Source: an uncultured Gemmatimonadales bacterium (GTDB lineage Bacteria > Gemmatimonadota > Gemmatimonadetes > Longimicrobiales > Longimicrobiaceae). Taken from it: 64,000 nt of DNA. Every line of letters begins with the position of its first letter. The first letter of the stretch is position 1. Of the stretch, positions 30,044 to 39,150 are shown in pieces. The stretch spans positions 6,016,001-6,080,000 of the forward strand of contig OY970303.1 in NCBI GenBank assembly GCA_963716255.1. The letters run 5' to 3'. Both the position numbers and the translations under genes were made by a program. A model generated the notes under the pieces. That model saw only the letters and a list, made by a program, of their open reading frames with translations, made no database searches and had not been told where the DNA came from.

Positions 30044-32095
30044 ATGCGCACGATCACTCTCGAGCTGCTGCGCCACGGTCCGGCGCACAACCAGCTGCTC
30101 TCGCCGCTGACGCCCTATCTCGCGCTCTGCGAGAACCACGCGGCCGTGACGCTGCACATGCCCTTCGAGCACGGCCAGCTCCTCCATCGCCTGAGCGCGC
30201 TCGACTACCAGCACGGCGCGGATGCCCGTGCCTTTCAGCTCGCCGACACGGCCCGAGTGGTGGGTGAGATCCTGGGTATGATCCCGGGGCTCACGGCGGA
30301 GTCGAACAAGAACGATGGAGAAGCCGCCGGGCTCACTCACCTCCGGCTCATCATCTCCGCGTCCGAGCTGGCGCTGCTCCCGTGGGAGCTGGCCCTGGCT
30401 CCCAGCGGCGTCCCCGGCGCGGGTCAGCACCTGGTCCTGCAGCCCCAGGTGCCGCTTTGCCTGACACGTGAGGTTCGCCGCGTCCCCGGAGAGCAGCTGC
30501 AGTGGCCAAAGAAGCCGCGGATCCTCTTCGCGGCGGCGGCTCCGCCCGGAGTCGGCCCGATCCCGCTGGAGTCGCACCTGCTGGCCCTGCGGCGCGCGGT
30601 CGACCCATGGGTCAAGTACTACCGTGACGGCGACGAGGTGATGCGGCGGAAGCGCATCGACGAGCACCTGGTCTTCCTGCCCGATGCCTCCATTGAGGCG
30701 ATCGAGGAGAAGTGCGCCACCGAGACCTTTACACACGTCCACATACTGGCGCACGGGGTGGAGACGCGGGACAACTACGACACCCGCTTCTTCCTCGCGC
30801 TGCATGATGCGCTCGACCCGCAGCGGGCCGACAAGATCAGCGGCGCCCGCCTCGCCACCGCGCTACGCGCTTCCCAGCGACCCGACGCCCGCGGCCTCTC
30901 GTGCCCGGCGGTGGTCACCCTGGCGAGCTGCAATAGCGGCAACGTGGGATCGGTCGCGGGTGCGGGTGCCAGCATTGCGCATGCGCTGCACGAAGCCGGA
31001 ATCCCCATGGTCGTCGCCGGGCAGTTCCCGCTTTCCTTCGCGGGATCGGTGCGCCTGGTCGAGTGCCTGTACGAGGGAATGCTGTGGGGGACCGACCCTC
31101 GTCCACTCCTGTACGACCTGCGCCGCCGCCTTTATACGCAGTTCCCCGACACGCACGACTGGGCCAGTCTTTCAGCCTACGTTTCCTTCCCCGCCGACTT
31201 CGACCAGCAGCTCTCCGAGCTCAAGATCAACCAGGCGATGCGCAGCATCGACGCGGCGATGAACCACGCAGACGAAGCGACGCGGAGGGTCTACGACAAG
31301 ATCCGAACCCGGCGCATGGAGGATGCTTCCCAGCAGATGAGCGATCAGGACCAGAAAGAGCTGCTGGACACCGCGTGGTCGAAGATGAAGGACGCGAAGC
31401 AGCGGCTGCAGAAGCTGCTGGAATATCTTCCAGCCGAGCGCTCACTCATTCACGGTCTTCTGGCCAGCACGGAAAAGAGACAGGCGGAAATCCTGCATTC
31501 GGCGAGCCGGAGCACGCTGATCGACCCGGCGACGCGGGAACGCGACTCGCTCGAGTCCCTCGAATTGCTGAGAAGGGCACGCGACCACTACTGGAACTCC
31601 TTCCTGCTGAACAGGACAAACAGCTGGGCCGTGGTCCAGTACCTGTCCCTGGCATGTGTGTTTGAGCAGCTTCGCGCGGGAATGGGAGCAGTGCCGAAGC
31701 TCGCCCAGGCGGGACAGATCCGCCCGGAGCGAAAGCCGGATGCCCTCTGGTCTCTTGCCCACAACCTTTCTCTTTACGATCTGCACAACGAGAAGCGCAA
31801 GAGCACGGTGTGGGCGCATGGCAACCTGATGGAGCTTTACCTGCTCATGCTGCTCATTCCCGAGCGCCATCCGGACTGGCCGGACGTCCAGGAGGCGAGT
31901 CGCCGCGCGCTGGAGCACACCGACACGCTGGTCGAGATCGCCGGCCGTGATTCGTTCGATGTGTATTCGACGCGCCGGCAGACCTTCCGGTATGTGCAGT
32001 GGTTCGGTGAGATCGCCGACATGACGCCCGTGCAACAGCTGGCGAACCAGATCTTCGAGCGGTTCCCGGAAGAAGTCGAGGAGAAGTGGAAGTAG
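30044..32095 (+). CDS. CHAT-domain (caspase-fold) protease with a helical C-terminal region
   Basis: LALLPWELA, HVHILAHG (His237), VVTLASCNSG (Cys296), AGIPMVVAGQF, HDWASL. Confidence 0.85.
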   Translation: MRTITLELLRHGPAHNQLLSPLTPYLALCENHAAVTLHMPFEHGQLLHRLSALDYQHGADARAFQLADTARVVGEILGMIPGLTAESNKNDGEAAGLTHLRLIISASELALLPWELALAPSGVPGAGQHLVLQPQVPLCLTREVRRVPGEQLQWPKKPRILFAAAAPPGVGPIPLESHLLALRRAVDPWVKYYRDGDEVMRRKRIDEHLVFLPDASIEAIEEKCATETFTHVHILAHGVETRDNYDTRFFLALHDALDPQRADKISGARLATALRASQRPDARGLSCPAVVTLASCNSGNVGSVAGAGASIAHALHEAGIPMVVAGQFPLSFAGSVRLVECLYEGMLWGTDPRPLLYDLRRRLYTQFPDTHDWASLSAYVSFPADFDQQLSELKINQAMRSIDAAMNHADEATRRVYDKIRTRRMEDASQQMSDQDQKELLDTAWSKMKDAKQRLQKLLEYLPAERSLIHGLLASTEKRQAEILHSASRSTLIDPATRERDSLESLELLRRARDHYWNSFLLNRTNSWAVVQYLSLACVFEQLRAGMGAVPKLAQAGQIRPERKPDALWSLAHNLSLYDLHNEKRKSTVWAHGNLMELYLLMLLIPERHPDWPDVQEASRRALEHTDTLVEIAGRDSFDVYSTRRQTFRYVQWFGEIADMTPVQQLANQIFERFPEEVEEKWK

Positions 32096-32118
32096 TACGC
32101 TGATCCGCGGCCGGAATG

Positions 32119-33027
32119 CTACTTTGAAGCCGCGTGTCTCGATCCCCAGTGCCCGAACGGCACCACAGGCATGGGAAAGAAGTCGTCCGCCAGCGCCGCC
32201 AGCACCGACGGCGCGTTCGCCTTCCCCTCCTTGAGCGCCATCCGCCGCACCTGCTTGCTGAGCAGCAGGTTCTTCTCGCCGATGGGATCCAGCCCCGCCG
32301 CGATCGCCTCGCCCCGCCGCGACAGGTAGTCCACCACGTAGTCGAACGACCTCACCACGTACGCGTCGATGGTGGCGTCGTCCAGCTGCCAGCGCGAGTT
32401 CTGCAGCACCGAGCCGAAGATGGAGTGCCAGCGGTCGTTGTCCTGGAAGCGGATCATCCCGCGAAAGATCCGCCGGTTGGTCTGGAAGGAGAAGAGCGTC
32501 GCCGAGAGCACCCGGTCGAAGAGCGCGTCCGCCTCCGAGTGGTCGTGGTCCATCACCACGTGGCGGGCCAGCTGCGTGTAGCGCTCCGGGAGCTGCACGT
32601 CCATCCGGTGCTCCCAGTACGAGTGCCCCAGCCCCTTGGTGGACGAGGTGAGGAGGAGCTGCCGGGGGACGTAGGTGTTGTGCGCGACGGTGTCCGCCGC
32701 CAGGTGGGCCAGGTACCCCAGCCCCATGGCGCGCAGCCGGTCCGTGTGCGCCGAGCCGAAGATCTCCTCGCCGATGTGCCAGTGGTGGCAGTGGCGCCCC
32801 TCCGGCACGTACTTCTTGGCGAGCGAGATGTCCGCGGCCACCGAGCCGTAGAGGAAGTCGTGCGGGTACGCCGCCAGCAGCGTGCGCACCGCGGGCGGCA
32901 CCAGGTGCAGGGCGTCCAGGAGCCCCACCCCCAAGTACACGTGCGTGGCCGGACCCCACGCCCAGGCGGGGTCCGGGAACAGGAAGAGGGCGACGACCGC
33001 GACGACGAGCGAGACCGCGAGCGTCAC
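32119..33027 (-). CDS. Zinc-dependent phospholipase C family protein
   Basis: Signal peptide then WGPATH; GSVAAD, GYLAHLAADTVAHN, HSYWE. Confidence 0.85.
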   Translation of the reverse strand: MTLAVSLVVAVVALFLFPDPAWAWGPATHVYLGVGLLDALHLVPPAVRTLLAAYPHDFLYGSVAADISLAKKYVPEGRHCHHWHIGEEIFGSAHTDRLRAMGLGYLAHLAADTVAHNTYVPRQLLLTSSTKGLGHSYWEHRMDVQLPERYTQLARHVVMDHDHSEADALFDRVLSATLFSFQTNRRIFRGMIRFQDNDRWHSIFGSVLQNSRWQLDDATIDAYVVRSFDYVVDYLSRRGEAIAAGLDPIGEKNLLLSKQVRRMALKEGKANAPSVLAALADDFFPMPVVPFGHWGSRHAASK

Positions 33028-33031
33028 CGCG

Positions 33032-33406
33032 TCACATCCCGAACTTCCGGCGCGTGCGCTTCGCCTGGCGCGCCACCTCGCGCACCTTGCCCTGCGCCAG
33101 CTCCTGCAGGTCGCCGCGCGCCTCCCCCAGGATCTGCGCCACCTCCTCGCGGAACTCCGAGATCAGCTCGCGCCCCGCGGAGATCACCTCGCCCGTCATG
33201 TCCGAGGTGGCATCCGCCCCATCGCTCAGCCCGCCGCGCAGCTTGTCGTAGCTGCGCTCCATGCGGCGCTTGTAGGGCTTCAGCTGCTTCGCGACCCGGT
33301 CGCGGGCGGTGGGCCTTTCCGGCTGGAGGAGGAGGGTCGCCCCGATGCCGAGCACGGTGCCCACGGCGAAGGCGGTCAGGAAGTCCACGGTGTCCTGGCG
33401 AGGCAT
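33032..33406 (-). CDS. YtxH-like protein
   Basis: FLTAFAVGTVLGIGATLLLQP followed by a charged helical region. Confidence 0.7.
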   Translation of the reverse strand: MPRQDTVDFLTAFAVGTVLGIGATLLLQPERPTARDRVAKQLKPYKRRMERSYDKLRGGLSDGADATSDMTGEVISAGRELISEFREEVAQILGEARGDLQELAQGKVREVARQAKRTRRKFGM

Positions 33407-33461
33407 TGGGTTCTCCGGTTTCGTCGGTTGTGTCGCGGGGGGCGGGCGGCGGGGCCGCGCC

Positions 33462-34097
33462 TCACCCCCGGCGCGGCTCGATGTTGATGTCCAGCCGGTC
33501 GCCGCGGTCTACCAGCACGTCGTCGTCGAAGACGTCGTCGTCCAGGCGGCCCAGCTCCCCGTCCTCCTGGAAGCGGCGGAAGGTTTCCGCCCCCACGCGC
33601 ACCCCGCGCACGGTGGACGCGGTCTCGATGAACAATCCCTCCGCCTCCTCCTGCACCACCTCCAGCAGCGCGTTCAGCTCGTTGACCCGCTGCTCCGCGA
33701 GCGCCGCCACCCGGTTCACCCGCTGGTTGGCGCTGGCGACCGTCTGGTTGAGCAGCTGCACGTCCGCGCGGATGGAGGTGGAGATGTAGTCCACGTTGTC
33801 CGCGACCGCCGCCGCGTGCCGGACGATGGGGTTGATGTCGTCGCGCAGCCGGTCCACCACCTGGTTGATCTTGGAGTATACCTTGCGCGAGTTCCACGCC
33901 GCCGGGATGAGCGGGATGGCGATGGCGATCAGCGCCAGGGCGATGACGATGCTCGCGATGCTCTGGAGCAGGTCGATCCAGTACTGGAAGCCGCGGGAGC
34001 CCGCCTGCACCGTGACGATGGTGTCGGCGATGGCGGGGCCGGTCTGCGCCAGGAGCAGGGGGAGGGCCGCCGGGGAAAACATCTCAAGGGAGATCAA
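33462..34097 (-). CDS. DUF948-like membrane-anchored coiled-coil protein
   Basis: One TM helix then a coiled coil; adjacent to the YtxH-like gene; start uncertain. Confidence 0.6.
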   Translation of the reverse strand: MISLEMFSPAALPLLLAQTGPAIADTIVTVQAGSRGFQYWIDLLQSIASIVIALALIAIAIPLIPAAWNSRKVYSKINQVVDRLRDDINPIVRHAAAVADNVDYISTSIRADVQLLNQTVASANQRVNRVAALAEQRVNELNALLEVVQEEAEGLFIETASTVRGVRVGAETFRRFQEDGELGRLDDDVFDDDVLVDRGDRLDINIEPRRG

Positions 34098-34131
34098 ACG
34101 AGGTCCTCCGGGAAGAGGGAAGGAGTTCCCT

Positions 34132-34761
34132 TCATTCGAACAGGTCCACGCCCAGCGTCCGGTACCCCACCTTGGGGACCAGCCGCACGGCGAAGCGCGA
34201 GGGGCGCCCGCGGGCGAAGAGGCGGCGGACCTCCTCCGCCACCCCCGCCGGGAGCCGGTCCAGCCCCGACGGGTCGCGCCGGTCCAGCCAGGCGCGCAGG
34301 GCGCCGTCCAACCGCACGATCCCGCCCGCCGCGTCCGCCAGCGTCCGCAGCTCCTCCGGGGCCGACCAGGCGCCGCACAGCTCCGCCACCTCGCCGGCGT
34401 ACAGGTCGCCCAGCGGGAGAAAGGGCTCCGGCGGGAGCGTGCCGCAGAGGAGGAGCACCGTCTTGTTCTCCGGCGCGGCGGCCAGCGCGTCCGACGCCAG
34501 CCGCGCCGCGAGCCCCGCCGCCTCGCGCTCCGCCCGCTCCCCAGCGCCCATGCCGCGCAGGACGTGCAAGAGTGGTTCCACCCCCGGAGCGTCCGCGCGG
34601 GCCCGCAGCAGGGCGTTCGCCCCCAGGGGCTCCAGCAGTCGCGCGGCGAGCCCCGCCTCCGGCGAGCCGTCGTCGGCCAGCGCCACGCGGGCCACGCCCC
34701 GGTCCGCGAGCGCCTGCCGCGCCACCGCGGTCACCAGCTCCCCGATGCGCGCCTCCCTCAC
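34132..34761 (-). CDS. Degenerate NAD synthetase (NadE)-like protein
   Basis: NKTVLLLCG and PLGDLYAGEV resemble NadE NKTE..LGY and PLGDLYKTQV; SGGxDS PP-loop absent; GTGA overlap with the upstream gene. Confidence 0.65.
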   Translation of the reverse strand: MREARIGELVTAVARQALADRGVARVALADDGSPEAGLAARLLEPLGANALLRARADAPGVEPLLHVLRGMGAGERAEREAAGLAARLASDALAAAPENKTVLLLCGTLPPEPFLPLGDLYAGEVAELCGAWSAPEELRTLADAAGGIVRLDGALRAWLDRRDPSGLDRLPAGVAEEVRRLFARGRPSRFAVRLVPKVGYRTLGVDLFE

Positions 34762-35642
34762 CGCGCTTCGTCCTCCGCCACGATGCGGGCCAGCTCGCGC
34801 AGCACCAGGCGCGGGTCCTCGTCGCGCGCGTGCGAGTACGGGCGGCGCGCCCGCGCCACCGCGTCCAGCGACAGGTCGGCGGTCACGCGGTCCTTGTGCA
34901 GGTCGCCGCCGCGGGCCAGCACCGCGCCGTCCGGACCCACGATCAGCGAGCCCCCCGCGAACACGGTGCCTCCCTCCACTCCAACCCGGTTCGCGACCAC
35001 CACGTAGGTCCCGTACGCCGTCGCCGCCGCGACGGCCAGGTGCTCCCACGCCTTCCACGAGGCGAAGCGCGCGCCCTCCGCACCGCCCTCCCACGAGCCG
35101 CGCCCCGCCGCCGCCGACTGCGCCACGATCAGGTTGGCGCCGGCCGCCGCGTGCAGGTACGCGAGCGAGGGGTGCCACAGGTCCTCGCACACCAGGAGCC
35201 CCACCCGCCACCCGCCGCCCGCGTCGTAGGCGCGCACCCGGTCGCCCGCGCCGAACCAGCGCCCCTCGTCGAACATCCCGTAGGTGGGGAGGTAGAGCTT
35301 GCGGTGCCGGTGCAGGACCTTGCCACGGCGCAGGTGGAGCGCCGTGTTGAAGGGGACGAAGCCGTCGCCCATCTCCACCATCCCCAGCACCACGTCCGGC
35401 CCGTCCGCCAGGGCGGGGAAGGGCGCCTCGCCCACGGGGACGGCGAGCGCGTGCGCGCGGTCGCGCAGGTCGTACCCGGTCAGCGCCAGCTCCGGCGTCA
35501 CCAGCAGGTCCACCCCGTCGCGCGCCGCGGCGGCCTGCGCGGCGGCCACCTGGCGGAGGTTCGCGTCCGGGTCGCCCAGGACCGGCGCGAACTGCTCCAC
35601 CCGCAGGCGCAGCCGCGCCCCGCTCCACTCGCCGCCGCTCAC
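34758..35642 (-). CDS. Nitrilase-family carbon-nitrogen hydrolase (similar to the NadE glutaminase domain)
   Basis: Glu-Lys-Cys triad: TPELALTGY, HRKLYLPTYGMFDE, VCEDLWH. Confidence 0.9.
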   Translation of the reverse strand: MSGGEWSGARLRLRVEQFAPVLGDPDANLRQVAAAQAAAARDGVDLLVTPELALTGYDLRDRAHALAVPVGEAPFPALADGPDVVLGMVEMGDGFVPFNTALHLRRGKVLHRHRKLYLPTYGMFDEGRWFGAGDRVRAYDAGGGWRVGLLVCEDLWHPSLAYLHAAAGANLIVAQSAAAGRGSWEGGAEGARFASWKAWEHLAVAAATAYGTYVVVANRVGVEGGTVFAGGSLIVGPDGAVLARGGDLHKDRVTADLSLDAVARARRPYSHARDEDPRLVLRELARIVAEDEAR

Positions 35643-35989
35643 CCCTCGCTGCCCAGCTCCGGGGAAAGCCCCACCGCGCGCGTGACCGGCACGGTGAACA
35701 CGATCCCCGTGGCCGGGTCCTCCAGGCTGCCGCAGATCTTCTGGAGCAGGTCGATCACCCGGTCCACCTTGTCCTCCTCGCGGATGACGCTGAGGATGGT
35801 GTAGTTGCGGGGCCGCGAGCGGGAAGCCAGGTCGGCCAGGCCGGCGAAGATGGGGACGTCGTGCACCAGGAAGCGGCCCATCCCCTCGCTGTTGATCAGG
35901 GTGGCGCCGGTGACGCCCAGCTCGACGAACCCCGAAAGGATCTCGTCCAGCTTCTCTTCCTCGTTGATCACCGCGATCAGGAGTTGCAC
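35639..35989 (-). CDS. PII-like signalling protein
   Basis: LLIAVIN...GVTGATLINSEGMG...GIVFTVPV; about 116 aa; GTG start. Confidence 0.75.
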   Translation of the reverse strand: MQLLIAVINEEEKLDEILSGFVELGVTGATLINSEGMGRFLVHDVPIFAGLADLASRSRPRNYTILSVIREEDKVDRVIDLLQKICGSLEDPATGIVFTVPVTRAVGLSPELGSEG

Positions 35990-36053
35990 GCGCGTCCCGG
36001 GGCCGGTGGAGAACGGGGCGGGTGCGGCCGCTGCGGCCCCGCCGTCGGGTCGT

Positions 36054-36083
36054 ATCATACCCCGCGCCGCGAACGGGTGTCAA
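36054..36083 (-). promoter_or_regulatory. Promoter of the PII-like/nitrilase operon
   Basis: Minus strand TTGACA-18 bp-TATGAT. Confidence 0.7.
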
Positions 36084-36250
36084 GGAAACGCGGGGCTTTC
36101 CGCCCTCGGCCGCCGGCGTGTCCACGACGGCGCGGAGGGGTTCGCACGATCCTTGCTCCGCCGGTCGGCTCCGAGCCCGACCGAGCCCCGCCCCCGCCGC
36201 CGAAGCCCGCGGGGGACGGGTGAGCGCTTTCCCAGACCGGAGATCCCAGA

Positions 36251-37549
36251 GTGCCCAAGTTCATCGTCCAGGGTGGCCGTCCGCTGCGCGGCACGGTCCG
36301 GCCCGCCGGAAACAAGAACGCGGCGCTGCCGATGCTCGCCGCGACCCTGCTCACCGAGCAGGAGGTGGTGCTGGAGAACGTCCCCAAGATCCGGGACGTG
36401 CTCACCCTGATGGACCTGCTCCGCACCCTGGGCGCCGAAGCCGACTGGACCGGGGACAACGAGGTGACCGTCTGCGCGAAGGACGTGGGCAAGGTGCAGC
36501 TGGACGAGACGGCGGCGTCGCGGATCCGCGCCTCCATCCTCCTCGCTGGCCCCATGCTGGCCCGGGTGGGCGGGATGACCCTCCCCCCGCCGGGCGGCGA
36601 CATCATCGGCCGGCGGCGCATGGACACGCACTTCCTGGCGCTCCGCAGCCTGGGCGCCGAGGTCGTCATCGGCACCAGGGCGTTCGAGCTGCGCGCCCCG
36701 AACGGGCTGAGGGGCGCCGACATCTTCCTGGACGAGCCCAGCGTCACCGCCACCGAGAACGCCGTCATGGCGGCGGCGCTGGCGCGCGGCACCACGCGGC
36801 TGCGCAACGCCGCCGCCGAGCCGCACGTCCAGGACCTGTGCCACATGGTGGCCGGAATGGGCGCGAAGGTGGAGGGGATCGGCACGGGCACGCTGGTGAT
36901 CGAGGGGCGCGAGTCGCTGGGCGGGGGCCGCTTCCGCATCAGCGCCGACCACATCGAGGTGGGATCGTTCATCGGCCTGGCCGCGGTGACCGGGGGCGAG
37001 CTGCTGATCCAGGACGCCGACCCGCACCACCTGGACTCCACCCTTCTGGGGTTCGCGCGCCTGGGCGTGCGCGGCGAGGTGCGCGGCAACGACCTGTTCA
37101 TCCCCGCGGAGCAGGCCCGCACGGTGGAGATGGACATGGGCGGCTACATCCCCAAGATCGACGACGGCCCGTGGCCGGCCTTTCCCGCGGACCTCACCTC
37201 CATCGCGCTGGTGGCGGCCACCCAGTGCGAAGGGACGATCCTGATCCACGAAAAGATGTTCGAGTCGCGGATGTTCTTCACCGACAAGCTGGTGGCCATG
37301 GGCGCCCGGCTCGTCCTGTGCGACCCGCACCGCGTCATCGTCATCGGCCCCTCCAAGCTGCGCGGCGGCGTGGTGGAGAGCCCGGACATCCGCGCCGGGA
37401 TGGGGCTGCTGATCGCCGCCCTGGGGGCCCAGGGCGAGAGCGAGATCTACAACGTGGGGCAGATCGAGCGCGGCTACGAGCGCATCGACGAGCGCCTGCG
37501 CGCGCTGGGCGCCGACATCGAGCGCGCCGACTCGCGCGAGCGCGACTAG
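36251..37549 (+). CDS. murA: UDP-N-acetylglucosamine 1-carboxyvinyltransferase (Asp-type active-site loop)
   Basis: GNKNAALP, RASILLAGP, PGGDIIGRR, SVTATEN, SPDIRAG, IERGYE. Confidence 0.97.
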   Translation: MPKFIVQGGRPLRGTVRPAGNKNAALPMLAATLLTEQEVVLENVPKIRDVLTLMDLLRTLGAEADWTGDNEVTVCAKDVGKVQLDETAASRIRASILLAGPMLARVGGMTLPPPGGDIIGRRRMDTHFLALRSLGAEVVIGTRAFELRAPNGLRGADIFLDEPSVTATENAVMAAALARGTTRLRNAAAEPHVQDLCHMVAGMGAKVEGIGTGTLVIEGRESLGGGRFRISADHIEVGSFIGLAAVTGGELLIQDADPHHLDSTLLGFARLGVRGEVRGNDLFIPAEQARTVEMDMGGYIPKIDDGPWPAFPADLTSIALVAATQCEGTILIHEKMFESRMFFTDKLVAMGARLVLCDPHRVIVIGPSKLRGGVVESPDIRAGMGLLIAALGAQGESEIYNVGQIERGYERIDERLRALGADIERADSRERD

Positions 37550-38741
37550 TGGATCACCCCGGCTGAGGTGATGGGTATCGGGAGGAGAACTTCTCCCGAG
37601 CCTTGGCGGTTGTGAAACGCCACTGAATCGTGGCCTTGCTGCCGTTGCGGTCGCGGCACCAGACGGCGGTTTCACGCTGCACGACTTCCATGCTGGGCAG
37701 GCGCCGGTCCAAGCATTGAGTGCCGAGCACGGAGAACTCCACCTCGGCCATGTTCAACCAGCTTGCATGCTTGGGCGTGTGGTGCAACTCCAGGCGCTTT
37801 GCGATCCGGCTTGCTTCCTCGGGCGCGAACGCCTGGTAGAGCGAGGCCGGCGTGTGCGTGTTCAGGTTGTCCAGCACCACGCGGACCTTCTCCGCCTCCG
37901 GAAAATGCACGTCCACCAGATCCCGCATGCAGTGGGCGAAGTCGATCGCGGTGCGCCGCTGCGTGACCTTGACCTCTCGCCAGGCGGTGTCGGGGCTGAA
38001 GAAGAGGAAGAGGTTGCACGTGCCTTCGCGCCGGTACTCGTAGTCGAACCGCTCGGCCTGCCCCGGTCGCGCCGGCAGCGGCATGCGCACCTCGGACAGA
38101 AGTTGCAGAGGCATCTCGTCAAAGGCCACACGCGGCCGCTTCGGGTCGTTCGGCTCTGCATACAGGTCGAGCACGTCCTCCATCCGCCAGACGAATTCGG
38201 CCGTGATCTCCGGGATCAGCCACTGCTGGCGCTGCCACGGCTTCGTCTTGCTTTTTTGAGCGTGCGGCGCACCGTCTCATCCGAGATCGAGTCCACCGCC
38301 CCCAGTTCCACCAGCCGGTCCGCGAGCATCTGCATGCTCCAGCGGGCGCGCCCACCAGGCACGTCGCTGCAGGCCAGCGCCAGGAGCAGGGCCTCCGCTT
38401 TGCCTGTCAGCTTCGGCGGCATCGGCGGGCGGGGTTTCTCTGAGAGAGCCGCCTCCAGCCCTTCTTCCACGAAGCGCTTGCGGATGCGCTCCACCGTAGC
38501 GACCCCGACGCCCACGCCCGCGACGATCTGCTCGTCCGTGGCACCCTCGTCGGAGCGCAGCACCACCAGAGCGCGTTTGATCCGCCGCGCGCTTGCCTTC
38601 CCCTTGCGCGTGAGCACAAGCAGATCGCTGCGCTCCTGCTCCGTCAGCTTCACCTTGTACCGCTTCGTCATCCTTCGGCTCCTGTACAACTGCGTACCCA
38701 AAGCCGAAGGATACCCCATCAACTCACTCGTGGTGCCCCAC
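37549..38741 (-). mobile_element. IS630-family insertion sequence, complete
   Basis: Imperfect terminal inverted repeats GTGGATCACCCCGGCTGAGGTGATGGG and (reverse complement) GTGGGGCACCACGAGTGAGTTGATGGG; TA duplicated at 37547-37548 and 38742-38743 in a CTAG context. Confidence 0.92.
37554..38671 (-). CDS. IS630 transposase, two ORFs joined by a -1 frameshift at AAAAAAG (38251-38257)
   Basis: HTH ORF ends ..ETVRRTLKK; -1 frame continues SKTKPW..MEDVLDLY..FDE..LDNLNTH..TPKHASWLNMAE. Confidence 0.92.
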
Positions 38742-38775
38742 TAGGCCGCAAGACCCGGGACAGGGGGATAGCCAC

Positions 38776-39150
38776 GTGGCGGACGAGCAGCGGCGGATGC
38801 CGGGGATCGGCGAAGGGATCAGGGCGGGGCTGGGGATCCTCTCCGCCTTCAAGGAGGCGGTGGAGGAGACCTTCCAGGAAGCCGTGGAGCGCGGCGACAT
38901 GAAGCCCGACCGCGCGAAGCAGGCGGTGCAGGACGCCGTGCGTCGCGCCCAGGGCACCTTCGACGAGGTGCGCGAGCGCCTGGACGCGGTTCCCCGGCGC
39001 GAGTTCGACGAGCTGCGGGCGGAGCTGGACGCGCTCCGGGCCGAGGTGGCCGAGCTGCGCGGTCGGCTCGGCGGGGTGGAGCGCATCGAGGAGCGCGTGG
39101 AAGAGCGCGGCGCCGGCCCCGACGCCAGCGGCATCCTCGTCGAGCCGTAG
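38776..39150 (+). CDS. Hypothetical coiled-coil protein (phasin-like pattern)
   Basis: GIRAGLGIL..VERGDM..PRREFDELRAEL; stop overlaps the pgeF start. Confidence 0.65.
   Translation: MADEQRRMPGIGEGIRAGLGILSAFKEAVEETFQEAVERGDMKPDRAKQAVQDAVRRAQGTFDEVRERLDAVPRREFDELRAELDALRAEVAELRGRLGGVERIEERVEERGAGPDASGILVEP

Noticed and set aside
38216..38260. IS630 transposase as a pseudogene
   Set aside because: The split at an A-run is typical of IS630 frameshifting, and the inverted repeats and DDE motifs are intact.
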